From NCBI GenBank assembly GCA_963804165.1, contig CAWDPO010000023.1:128001-192000 (forward strand): DNA of 64,000 nt, given 5' to 3'. Each line of letters starts with the position of its first letter. The first letter of the stretch is position 1. Positions 20,180 through 30,176 of the stretch are shown one piece after another. The notes under the pieces are model-generated. The model worked only from the letters and a program-made list of their open reading frames with translations. It had not been told where the DNA came from and made no database searches. A program made the position numbers and the translations under genes. The stretch is from an uncultured delta proteobacterium (GTDB taxonomy: Bacteria > Desulfobacterota > Binatia > UBA9968).

Positions 20180-21017
20180 TCAGTGCAGTAATTTTTTTTC
20201 CGCCGTTGAGTCCACGGCGCCGCGTGTCCTGCCAGACATGAGAACATTCACGGTTTCTCGCCGCACCCGCTGATAACCAGGCTCGTCGATTAACTGGGCG
20301 CGCGAGCGCGGATGCGGCGTTTCGACGCGGACGGCGGGTCCGAGAGTCGCTCCCGGTCCGGATGTCAGCGTATAGATTGAGTCGGCGAGCAGAATCGCTT
20401 CGTCGATGTCGTTGGTGATCATCACCACGGTTTTCTGCGTCTCCATCCAGATACGCGCCAACTCTTCCTGCAAAGTCCCGCGCGTGAGCGCGTCGAGAGC
20501 ACTGAAAGGCTCGTCCATGAGAAGTACCTTGGGTACCCATCGCCAAACCGCGCGCCACTGCGACACGCTGGCGCATGCCGCCGGAAAGCTCGCGCGGCAC
20601 TTTCTTCATCGCCGCACTCAGGTTGACCAAGTTGATATAGTGCTCAGCGCGTTGCCGCTTCTCTGCCTCGGCGAGATGAGGCGCGACGGCGTCAACGGCG
20701 AGATAGACATTTTCGAAGACATTCATCCAGGGCAGCAGCGAATAGTTCTGAAAAACCACGCCGCGGTCGGGACCCGGTCCATCGATAGGCTTGCCTTCGA
20801 GTAGAATTTCACCGGCATCCGGTTCGAGCAGACCGGCGATCAGTGAGATCAGCGTCGTCTTGCCGGAACCGGAACGGCCGACAATACAAACAAATTCGTT
20901 TTCGTCGATGGTCAAATTGATATCGCGCAACACCGCAAGCCTGATCCGATCCGCCGACGCGCGACCCGCACCGCGCACAAAACTTTTGTCGACCCCGGTG
21001 ACTTCAAGATAGGCCAT
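20180..21017 (-). CDS. nrtC: Nitrate ABC transporter ATP-binding protein, frameshift near 20540
   Basis: [26 protein letters not shown] / [10 protein letters not shown]. Confidence 0.85.
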
Positions 21018-21027
21018 AAGTAAAATC

Positions 21028-21812
21028 TCAAGCTGTTTGAAAGCGCCGTTCGATCACGCTCATGAGCCGGTCCAAAGCGAAGCCGATGAGCCCGATGGCA
21101 AGGACGGACAAGAGAATGTGCGAGTAAACCAAACTGTTGTATTCCTGCCAGAGAAAGCCGCCCAGACCCGGCGAACCGGTGAGCATCTCGGCGGCGACGA
21201 TCACCAGCCAGGCCATACCGAGACTCAAGCGATATCCCGTGAACATAAAAGGCAATGTCGCCGGAATCATGATCTTGGTGAGCTTCTTGAGCGGCGAGAG
21301 CTTGAGGACGCGGCCGACGTTGAGATATTCAGTGCCGTATGTTGCGCACGCCCATCGCTGTATTGATCACCGTCGGCCACATGGCGCAAATCGCGATCGT
21401 GAAAAGCGCCGCGGGCTCGGAATTGTTTAAAGATGACCAAACCTAACGGCAGCCAGGCGAGCGGTGAAATCGGCCGCAGCACCTGGATCACCGGATCGAA
21501 GGCTTTCTGAAAATTGGCCGAAAGTCCCAATAAAAAACCGAGCGGCGTGCCGATCGCGATGGCCAATTAGAAATCCCTTGCTCACGCGCACCAGGCTTAA
21601 ATAAAGCGAAGCGGAGAATCCCTTGGTTCAATCTCGCCGTCTTTGAAGAAGGGATTGAGAATGTAATTCTGGCTTTCGTACCAGGTGCGCAGCGGTGACG
21701 GCAGATCGGGAGCAACCATTGAGGCTCAGACCGGTCCATAATACAATCAACACTAAACCCACTCCCATTATCGGTAGAAAGAAGGGCCGCAGAAATCGAA
21801 ACGCTTCTCCAT
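21028..21812 (-). CDS. nrtB: Nitrate ABC transporter permease, multiple frameshifts
   Basis: [45 protein letters not shown]. Confidence 0.85.
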
Positions 21813-21826
21813 ATATCAACTCCAGT

Positions 21827-23106
21827 TTATGTCATGTTGTTGATCGAGAATTTCTTTACGTACTCTTCCGGTTTGGCGGGATCGAACTCGATCTTGTCGA
21901 AGAGTGTTTCTTTCTTCATGTCTTCTTTCGGGTACGGTAATGCCCATCTCTTTGGCAACTTCGCGGTAGATATCCGGCCGAGTGAACTTTGTTGACGATG
22001 CCTGTGTAATCCGGCGGTACCTTTCACCATGCCCCAGCGGCGGAATTGCGTGAGCCACCAGACGCCATGTGATTTCCACGGAAAATTACGTGTTGCGATC
22101 GAAGAACGTCATATACAAGGGATCTTTTTCCTTGCGGCCGTCGCCGTAGTCATAGTCGCCGAGCATGCGCCCGAGGATAACTTCTTTCTGCGTGTTGATG
22201 TATTTGCGGCTTCGATACCACCTCGGCCATGTGGGGCGCGATTTTCCATTTTGTCGATGTACTAGGCTCGACTCCGTCACCGCGCTGCAGGATAGCTTTG
22301 ACGGTCTTCGGGTTCTTGTCGGCAAACTCTGCAGTGAACGCTCAGAACTTTTTCCGGATGATCCTTCCACATCTGTTTGGGTGGTGATCGCCGTGAAACC
22401 GATCCCGTCGGCGATCGCGCGCGCGTTCCATGGCTCGCCGACGCAGAAGCCGTCCATCTTGCCGACTTTCATGTTCGCCACCATTTGCGGCGGCGGAATG
22501 GTTATCAAAGAAACATCCCTGTGCGGGATGAATACCACCTGACGCTAGCCAATAGCGCATCCACATAGCGTGGGTTCCCGGAGGGAAAGTCATGGCAAAG
22601 TTCATCGGAGTGCCCTTCACCTTTGCGTCCATCACCAAAGGCTTGAGTTGCTGCGGTTCGTTTTTACACCTTTAGCGAGCAACTCTTTGTCGAGTGTGAT
22701 CGCCTGACCGTTACGGTTGAGATAGAAAAGGGATGATCATCGGCCTATTGCGGCGATCCGAGGAGCCCCATCGTCGAAGCGTACGGCATGCCAAGGAGCA
22801 TATGCGTTGCCTGATTTTCGCCCAGATTGATCTTGTCGCGGATCGCCGCCCACGACGCTTCCTTGGAAATCGTCGACTCGATGCCGTACTTTTTAAACAA
22901 GCCCAGTCTCGTGCGCCATCACGATCGACGAACAATCGGTCAAAGCAATGATGCCAATCCGGATACTCGTCGTCTCCGGACCGTCCGCCGCGTAAGCGCC
23001 GCCGATCCAGCCCTTGGGCATTTCGGCCAACAGGATGCCTAACGAGCTGCCGGAGACTTTTAAAAAATTCCGGCGAGTCAATTCTTTAGTTTGTCTTTTT
23101 TTTCAT
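21827..23106 (-). CDS. nrtA: NrtA/CmpA family nitrate-binding protein with Tat signal, many frameshifts
   Basis: TRRNFLK, IALTDC, AMTFPPGTH.MW.RYWLA, PPPQMVANM, FCVGEPWN, FDPAKPEEY. Confidence 0.85.
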
Positions 23107-23122
23107 CCCTTGAGCCACGTCA

Positions 23123-24977
23123 TCATCCTTCCAATAAAAATTGATCGCCTTGGGCCACCAACTTAAAGACTTTCACCTTGAGTTTCGGGTCGGTCGAGCA
23201 CGCCCCGGTCTTGAGATCGAACTTATAGCCGTGCAGCGGGCAAACCACTTCGCCGCCTTCGATCCAACCGTTGCACAGTTGGCCGCCTTCATGCGGACAG
23301 ATGTTCTGAATGCCGTACAGTTGTCCGTTGGATTTAAATACAGCCATTTCTTCACCTTTCGCGCGGAATAGCTTTGCGGCTCCTTCCGCGATCTCTTGAG
23401 GCCGAATCATCGGCCGCGTCGGCGCAGACTCTGCTGTGGGTTTCACGCTCTCTGGCAGCGCTTGGGGAATTTTTCTGAGCTGCTGACGCATCGCTTTGAA
23501 CGCGCCATGTTTGACTAGGCCGGCAATCACGTCGGGCAAGTCTTCGCAGGGGACGTCTTCCATGATCTTGATCGGTGGGTTGGGCTCGGAGCCCGCCGCG
23601 CCACCGGTAAACACATCCACGGCTTCGACGACTTCGCCGTTGAGCTTGATATTCTTGCCCTGGAATCCGATCTCGGCCGTCGCATGGTTGCCACAGCCCG
23701 CGGGACAGCCGGACCAATGCATGCGCAACGGTTGAGTCTTGCCAAGTTTCGTTTCAAGAATCCCCGCGGTCTTAAGCGCCCAACCTTTAGTCTCGATCAG
23801 AGCAAAGTGGCAATAGTCCATCCCCGTGCAACTCACCAGACCGCGCATGACCTCGGAAGGATCATAGCGTAGCTCCTGGAGCACCGGCTCTTTAGTGAGC
23901 TCGCCAATCTTGCTGTCGGGCACGTTGGGGATGATAAGGTTTTGCCCGACGGTCAGGCGGAGTTGGCCGTTGCCGTAGATTTCGGCCAGTTCCGCGATTT
24001 GCCGCATCTGTTCCGAGGTCATGCGTCCGACGGGCACCGTGAGTCCAACATAGTTGAGGCCCGCCTGTTTCTGGCGAAGCACACCGACATGGTCGGTGTG
24101 CTTCGGCGTGCGTCGGTCAATTCCCGCGGAGGCAAGCGGTCGATCAACGCGACGTTCCAGTTCACTGCGAAATTTTTCTACTCCCCAGTTCTCGATGAGA
24201 AACGCGAGACGCGCCTTGGTGCGCAGGTCGCGCGCGCCATGATCGCGGAAGATGAAAACGATATAGCTACAAATGGCGGCGGCTTCTTCAGGGGTCACGA
24301 ATAGGTTCAGCGGCGAAGCGATGCGAAAGCCGCCCGAGCCCATTTTACCGCCCACCGCGACATTGAATCCTTTGATCTCGGCGCCGGCGATTTGTTTCGT
24401 TGCCGGCGTCAGCGCGATGTCCTGCGCTTCGGCGTGAGTGCATGCCTCCTTGCAGGCGGTAATCGTGACATTGAATTTTCGCGGCAGATTCGTGTAGGCC
24501 TTGTCGCCGACAAAAAGCTCGGTAAATTCTTTCACCACCGGCGATGCATCGAAGAGCTCATTGGGCAGTGAGCCCGGCAACGGGACAACCGACGACGTTT
24601 CTAATGTTGTCCATGCCGGTCTGTAGCGTGATCAACCCGACGGCCTTGAGCCGCTCCCAAATCTGCGGCACGTCATTGATAGTGAACCAGCGGAGCTGGA
24701 GCTGCTGCCGCGTGGTGATATCGGCGAACCCTTTGCCAAATCCGCCGCTGATTTCGGCGATGGCGCGCAGCTGCGTAGCGGTGGTGATGCCGTTCGGTAT
24801 GCGCACGCGCATCATGAAATGGCCCGGCGTCTGGCGCCGAAAAAATACGCCGGTCCACTTGAGTCGCTCTTTGTCGCCGTCGGTGATGGCCTGCCATCCT
24901 TCGCTGGCGTATCGCGGAATATCGTTGAGGACGTCGAGTCCGTCCTTTTCCTTCTTGTATTCCTCGATTTTATTCAT
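23123..24977 (-). CDS. nirA: Ferredoxin-nitrite reductase fused to a C-terminal Rieske [2Fe-2S] domain; frameshift near 24565
   Basis: MNKIEEYKKEKDGLD, ITTRQQLQLR, NLPRKFN, CTGMDYC / SGCPAGCG siroheme-[4Fe-4S] ligands; CPH-x16-CPLH. Confidence 0.9.
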
Positions 24978-24980
24978 GAC

Positions 24981-25496
24981 TTATCGTCGAGCGGAGAAGT
25001 CCAGGTTCTCTTGCTTTGCGCTCGCAGTTGCGCGGGTTGAACGCGCAAAACTCCGGTGATGATTGCGGCCGCGGACAGAATGTAGCGCATCGTGAAACCT
25101 CGCGCGTCTCGCAAAAGTGAGCACGATATGCGCGCCGAGCCAAAGATTTCGCGCCTGGTTCATTTTGGTGTGCGATGGGGCAGCGCGCGCTCCCGGATTG
25201 CCCGCCGGAGGCATAGGCGGTTTAACAGCTTGACCCACCACGGCCGGGCGGCCAATGGTGTGACGCAGTCGTGCAACCGGGAGCGCGCGCTGGAGTAGTC
25301 GGTCTCCCATTTTTTACCCGAGCTGATCGTGTCCTCGAACGGTTTGTTCGGCGCCGGGATGTGACTGGACAAGCTCGGTGAAAACAGCATCGACAAATTC
25401 AGGCGCGCCGCGCGCGGCCCGTTTGAAGCTGCTTTCCAATAACTCGACACTCAGCGGTGTCTCAGGTGACGAACTCGGTTGGGTTGCTGTTTCCAT
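24981..25496 (-). pseudogene. Possible degenerate globin-like protein
   Basis: GGAGG RBS; VELLESSFKR...PEFVDAVFTELVQSHP resembles A-C helices of single-domain globins; the rest is disrupted or divergent. Confidence 0.4.
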
Positions 25497-25691
25497 GTTT
25501 GCCTCCAAGGAAATCGTTCATATTCACAGCCAAGAATATGCGTCGCACTATCATTCAAGGATTTTCGTCAGATAAAGCAGAGTCAACTGTTTGTTTGTGA
25601 TCGAACACTTTCGGCCCGACTTCAGCGGATGAATCGAGAAGCTGGTGCCTGTTAGCGAACCACCGGTCGACATCTACGCCCCCAATCGCGC

Positions 25692-25972
25692 TCACCCAAG
25701 CATCGTAACTGGCTCGCGAACACTCGTACCGGGAGCAGCCGGCGTCGCTGGCAATGCATTAACGAAATTCATTTCCATAACGACCATGACTTGCTGCGAC
25801 GCCGACCCACCGTGCGGGGAGCCCTCGGCGCGTCGAGATCGAAGCATCTTGCCATTTCCAAGACTGGCAATTTCGGAATATCTCCGTCTGCCTGGTCTCC
25901 GAAAACCTCCTCCAAAAAGATGATGTTGTCGAAGATTTTTCCGGTCATACTTTTTTCCCTTGCTCTCGCCAT
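25692..25972 (-). CDS. Small hypothetical protein, first gene after the ANTAR leader (probable frameshift near 25830)
   Basis: AAAGGAGG RBS before ATG 25972; overlapping ORFs 25769-25972 and 25692-26006. Confidence 0.35.
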
Positions 25973-25986
25973 CCCAACCTCCTTTG

Positions 25987-26052
25987 AAAATAAAAAGGCG
26001 CTCCATCGGATAACCGATGAGCGCCTTTGCTCAACGAAGGCGTCGTTGCCTT
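25987..26052 (-). ncRNA. ANTAR-binding dual-hairpin leader overlapping an intrinsic terminator
   Basis: AAGGC-AACGAC-GCCTT, then TGAGC-AAAGGC-GCTCA (hexaloops with A1 and G4); second hairpin overlaps AGGCGCTCATCGG-TTAT-CCGATGGAGCGCCT-TTTTATTTT. Confidence 0.9.
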
Positions 26053-26065
26053 GTTAGCAATTACG

Positions 26066-26081
26066 AGCAATCAATATGCCA
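26066..26081 (-). promoter_or_regulatory. sigma-54 promoter of the nitrate/nitrite assimilation operon
   Basis: TGGCATATTGATTGCT, immediately upstream of the ANTAR leader. Confidence 0.85.
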
Positions 26082-26141
26082 GTTTCGACTCAAGGAAATT
26101 ACTTGCAATTTCAGCGGCATCCGTTGGCACTACAACTTAGT

Positions 26142-26181
26142 TGCCTATGCGCGAGTCATGGCCCTGCCTAGAGACTCGGCA
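26142..26181. promoter_or_regulatory. Paired NtrC-like boxes
   Basis: TGCCTATGCGCGAGTCA and TGCCTAGAGACTCGGCA. Confidence 0.55.
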
Positions 26182-26202
26182 GCGTGCCGTGTTGGAAATT
26201 TC

Positions 26203-26790
26203 CTAATTCTTATCGCCTTTGAAAATCCCACCCGCTAGGAGGATCGCTTGGGCGACGTCTGCCATTGGCTTGCGCATGTTCATACTGGTCTTTTTAATCA
26301 AAGTATAAGCCTGGTCCTCCGTCAGATTTCTTTGATTCATCAACAAGCCCTTGGCGCGCTCGATGAGCTTGCGCGCCTCCAAGTTCTCTTTCAGAGATGA
26401 ATTTTCCGCCCTGAGCGAGACGAAGTCCTGGAAACGCGTGATTGCCAGCTCGATCGCGGGACTCAGCTCCGGCGCCCGCAGCGGCTTGACGAGGTATCCC
26501 ATTATTCCCGCCAATTTCGCGCGCTCGACGGTTGCCGTATCGTAATGACTGGTAATTAAAACGATCGGCACCGGCTGCGATTGCATCACATCGCGCGCCG
26601 CCTCGATGCCGTCGATGTCCGGCAATCCGACCGCCATAAGGATCACGTCCGGAACGGCCGCGCGCGCCAATACCGGGGCCAATTTTCCACTGGTCTCCTC
26701 GCCGGCAATCTCGTAGCCGCCGTCCTTTAGAATGGTAACGAGCTGCTTGCGCGAGGACTCGTGATCATCTATGACCAGGACTCTTCTCAT
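26203..26790 (-). CDS. ANTAR-domain antiterminator with pseudo-receiver (NasT/AmiR-like)
   Basis: RKLIERAKGLLM..EDQAY..SM ANTAR domain; receiver has LMAVGLP in place of the phospho-Asp. Confidence 0.9.
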   Translation of the reverse strand: MRRVLVIDDHESSRKQLVTILKDGGYEIAGEETSGKLAPVLARAAVPDVILMAVGLPDIDGIEAARDVMQSQPVPIVLITSHYDTATVERAKLAGIMGYLVKPLRAPELSPAIELAITRFQDFVSLRAENSSLKENLEARKLIERAKGLLMNQRNLTEDQAYTLIKKTSMNMRKPMADVAQAILLAGGIFKGDKN

Positions 26791-27533
26791 TCGGTCGGCA
26801 GGCCTCCCTCGCCCTTGCGATTCCGTGCACGAGTTACCCGGCGAACAAATTCAGATAAGAATCTCTCGGCGTAGTATTTCAGCGTCGGAGCATAGCTGTG
26901 CGTATCGGCTAAAATCTTGTCGGGCATGACGTAGGGCGCCAGCGCCAAATCTTTGGAGCGTTCATCGATCCAGCGTGCGATCATGCGCGGCGTCACTTCA
27001 AGATGAAACTGCAGTCCGTAAATGGTCTTGCCAACGCGAAACGCTTGGGTACTGTAATGCGCCGAAGTCGCCAGGCGAATCGCCCCCACCGGCAGCTCGA
27101 AACCATCGCTATGCCACTGGAACACCGTGGCGCTCTCCGGCAAATAGCCGAGCAGCGAATCCACTTGACCGTGCGGCGTTATCGATATCGGACTCCAACC
27201 GATTTCTTTGACCGGACCGTGAAACACCGGAGTTCCGAGAGTCGACGCGATCAGCTGCGCTCCCAAACATATACCCAACATCGGCACCGCCTCGTCGATA
27301 GCGGCTCGAATGATTCTTTTTTCCCAGCGAAGAAACGAAAAACGCTCCTCATCATCCACGCCCATTGGGCCGCCGAGAATAATGAGAGCGGTAACATGCT
27401 TCCATTCCTCAGCCGGCATTTCGCCATGAAACAAACGAACGACTCGATAATCCGCTCCTTGTTTTTCCAAAACTTCGGCAAAGAATCCCAGGTCTTCAAA
27501 TGGGTCGTGCTGGAAAACCAGGACCTCTTCCAT
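26787..27533 (-). CDS. Class I glutamine amidotransferase
   Basis: LGGPMG, GICLGAQ, QWH.D, QFHLE triad; ATGA overlap with the ANTAR gene. Confidence 0.88.
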   Translation of the reverse strand: MEEVLVFQHDPFEDLGFFAEVLEKQGADYRVVRLFHGEMPAEEWKHVTALIILGGPMGVDDEERFSFLRWEKRIIRAAIDEAVPMLGICLGAQLIASTLGTPVFHGPVKEIGWSPISITPHGQVDSLLGYLPESATVFQWHSDGFELPVGAIRLATSAHYSTQAFRVGKTIYGLQFHLEVTPRMIARWIDERSKDLALAPYVMPDKILADTHSYAPTLKYYAERFLSEFVRRVTRARNRKGEGGLPTE

Positions 27534-27549
27534 CGGGTCCCTCACGCGG

Positions 27550-27645
27550 CTTAGTGCTGAGCCATGAGTGCTGAGGACTGAGTTGTGGGCTCGGCGAAGC
27601 GAGTCCGTTTGCTCCTTGCGCAGTCCCCGTGACTCAGTCCGTGCC
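27550..27645. repeat. Intergenic element of degenerate heptamer units (GTGCTGA/GGACTGA vs CTCAGTC) in inverted arrangement
   Basis: tagtgctgagccatgagtgctgaggactgag ... cagtccccgtgactcagtccgtgcc. Confidence 0.5.
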
Positions 27646-27646
27646 A

Positions 27647-29062
27647 TCAGATATCGAAGTACAGAGCGAACTCCCAGGGATGGGGACGGAGCCGGATGGC
27701 ATCGACCTCAGCCTTTCTCTTGTACTCCAACCAGGTCTCGATCACGTCCTTGGTAAACACATCTCCTCTTAAGAGAAATTCATGGTCCTTCTCCAACGCA
27801 TCGAGGGACTGCTCCAAGGACCCCGGCATCGATTTCACCTTGGCCGCCTCTTCGGGCTCCAATTCGTATAAGTTCTTGTCGATCGGCTTGGGCGGCTCAG
27901 TCTTGTTACGGATCCCGTCCAGTCCGGCCATCAGCATGGCGGGAAAGGCAAAGTACGGATTGGCGCTGGGATCGGGGGTTCTAAACTCTAACCTCTTGGC
28001 CTTCTCACTGGTGGAGTACATCGGGATTCTCACACAGGCGCTTCTGTTTCGGGCCGAGTAAACCAAGTTGATCGGCGCTTCGTAGCCGGGGACCAGTCTC
28101 CGATAAGAGTTCGTCGTGGGGGCGATAAAAGCGCACAGCGCGTGGGCATGCTTAATCAACCCGCCGATGTAGTATCTGGCCGTGTCGCTGATCAGCCCGT
28201 AGCCTTTCTTGTCGTAGAAGATATTCTTTCCCGCTTTCCACAGACTCTGGTGGCAGTGCATGCCGGAGCCGTTGTCTTGAAACAGGGGCTTGGGCATGAC
28301 CGTGACCACCTTGCCTCTCTTGCGGGCGGTGTTCTTGACCACGTACTTATACGTCAGCACCTTGTCGGCCATCTTGGTCATGGTGTCAAAGCGCATGTCG
28401 ATTTCAGTCTGGCCGCCGGTGGCGACTTCGTGATGGTGCACTTCGATCTTGACCCCACACTTCTCTAGGTTTAACACCATCTCGGATCGTAGATCTTGGT
28501 ACTGGTCCATGGGGGGGACGGGGAAATACCCTTCTTTATACCTGATCTTGTTGCCTAGGTTGGGACCGCTGTTGCTCCCGGAGTTCCAAAACCCCTCAAT
28601 AGAATCGATATGGTAGTAACCCTCATGATGGTTTTGGTCGAAGCGTACGCTGTCGAAGATAAAGAACTCGATCTCGGGTCCCCAGTAGCTGGTGTCGGCG
28701 AGCCCGGTGGACTTTAAATACTTCTCGGCTTTTTGCGTGACGTACCTTGGATCTCGGGTGTAGGGCTCGCGGGTGATGGCGTCGAGGACGTTGCAGATAA
28801 AGCTGATGGTGGAGTGCTCGGTGAACGGGTCCATCATGGCGGTGTCGGCGTCAGGGAGCAAAATCATGTCGGATTCGTTGATCGATTGAAATCCGCGGAT
28901 GCTCGATCCGTCAAACCCCAGTCCTTCTTCGAATAGCTCGGCTGATAACTCGCCTGCCGGGATCGAAAAGTGCTGCCACAGCCCGGGAAAATCCACAAAC
29001 TTTAAATCCACTATCTCTACTTTGTTCTTCTTCGCCAAATCTAGGGCGTCTTTGACTGACAT
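27647..29062 (-). CDS. glnA: Glutamine synthetase type I
   Basis: FDGSSIRGF, HHHEVA, MPKP...NGSGMH.HQSL, RLVPGYEAP, NLYEL adenylylation site. Confidence 0.97.
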   Translation of the reverse strand: MSVKDALDLAKKNKVEIVDLKFVDFPGLWQHFSIPAGELSAELFEEGLGFDGSSIRGFQSINESDMILLPDADTAMMDPFTEHSTISFICNVLDAITREPYTRDPRYVTQKAEKYLKSTGLADTSYWGPEIEFFIFDSVRFDQNHHEGYYHIDSIEGFWNSGSNSGPNLGNKIRYKEGYFPVPPMDQYQDLRSEMVLNLEKCGVKIEVHHHEVATGGQTEIDMRFDTMTKMADKVLTYKYVVKNTARKRGKVVTVMPKPLFQDNGSGMHCHQSLWKAGKNIFYDKKGYGLISDTARYYIGGLIKHAHALCAFIAPTTNSYRRLVPGYEAPINLVYSARNRSACVRIPMYSTSEKAKRLEFRTPDPSANPYFAFPAMLMAGLDGIRNKTEPPKPIDKNLYELEPEEAAKVKSMPGSLEQSLDALEKDHEFLLRGDVFTKDVIETWLEYKRKAEVDAIRLRPHPWEFALYFDI

Positions 29063-29138
29063 GTTGCTATTTGCCTCCTTGAGTAAATAATTTATGCCTG
29101 TATCGAATGTATTTTCTCACGCGCCGCAAAACACGCTA

Positions 29139-29600
<462 letters not shown>

Positions 29601-29604
29601 TTAC

Positions 29605-29620
29605 AGCAAGCTCGATGCCA
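29605..29620 (-). promoter_or_regulatory. sigma-54 promoter of glnB-glnA-GATase-ANTAR
   Basis: TGGCATCGAGCTTGCT. Confidence 0.8.
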
Positions 29621-29715
29621 TGAATGTCAATGCAATTGCGCGCTTTTCTGCGTTGCAATAACAATAAGGATTTTTTCCGCTACTCCAGAATCAGGCCGAA
29701 CAAATTCATACAAGC

Positions 29716-29752
29716 TGCTTAGCGATTGAGCGTTGAGCCTAATTTCTAAGCA
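29716..29752. promoter_or_regulatory. Paired NtrC-like boxes
   Basis: TGCTTAGCGATTGAGCG and AGCCTAATTTCTAAGCA, 20 bp apart. Confidence 0.6.
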
Positions 29753-30176
29753 GCGCATTCGATTGAAATCAGGTACAAACTATTCTGTTAAAGCTAATGT
29801 TGGGAGGTGAGCTTCTTCAACACGACTGTTGCTTCGGCTGGAATGTAAATTTCTAGGAATTCAAGATTGTCGCAGAAGATAGGCGATCCGATGAGTCGAG
29901 TCGGAACAGTTCACCAATTCTAAACCAGGCGGAAGCCGTTTTCTCGCCGGAGTGCCGGGGTCTTTTCGAGGGATGTTTGCGGAAATCTCGGTAACGACAG
30001 ATCGAAGGTTACCGAGCCAAATTTATCATGCTGACGTCATAACCCGCTCTGCATATTTGCAGAGATGGCGATCATGCATTTGAGATCCACCATCCAAGTC
30101 TTCAACAAATCATATAGCGAAAGCGGAAGCGTCGCCTTCTCATTGGTCGACGCCATCCGCTCTCACCATGATCAGT

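Noticed and set aside
27534-27647. 38-aa N-terminal extension of the GATase
   Set aside because: It is the translation of an intergenic repeat; the family-typical start is MEEVLVFQH at 27533.
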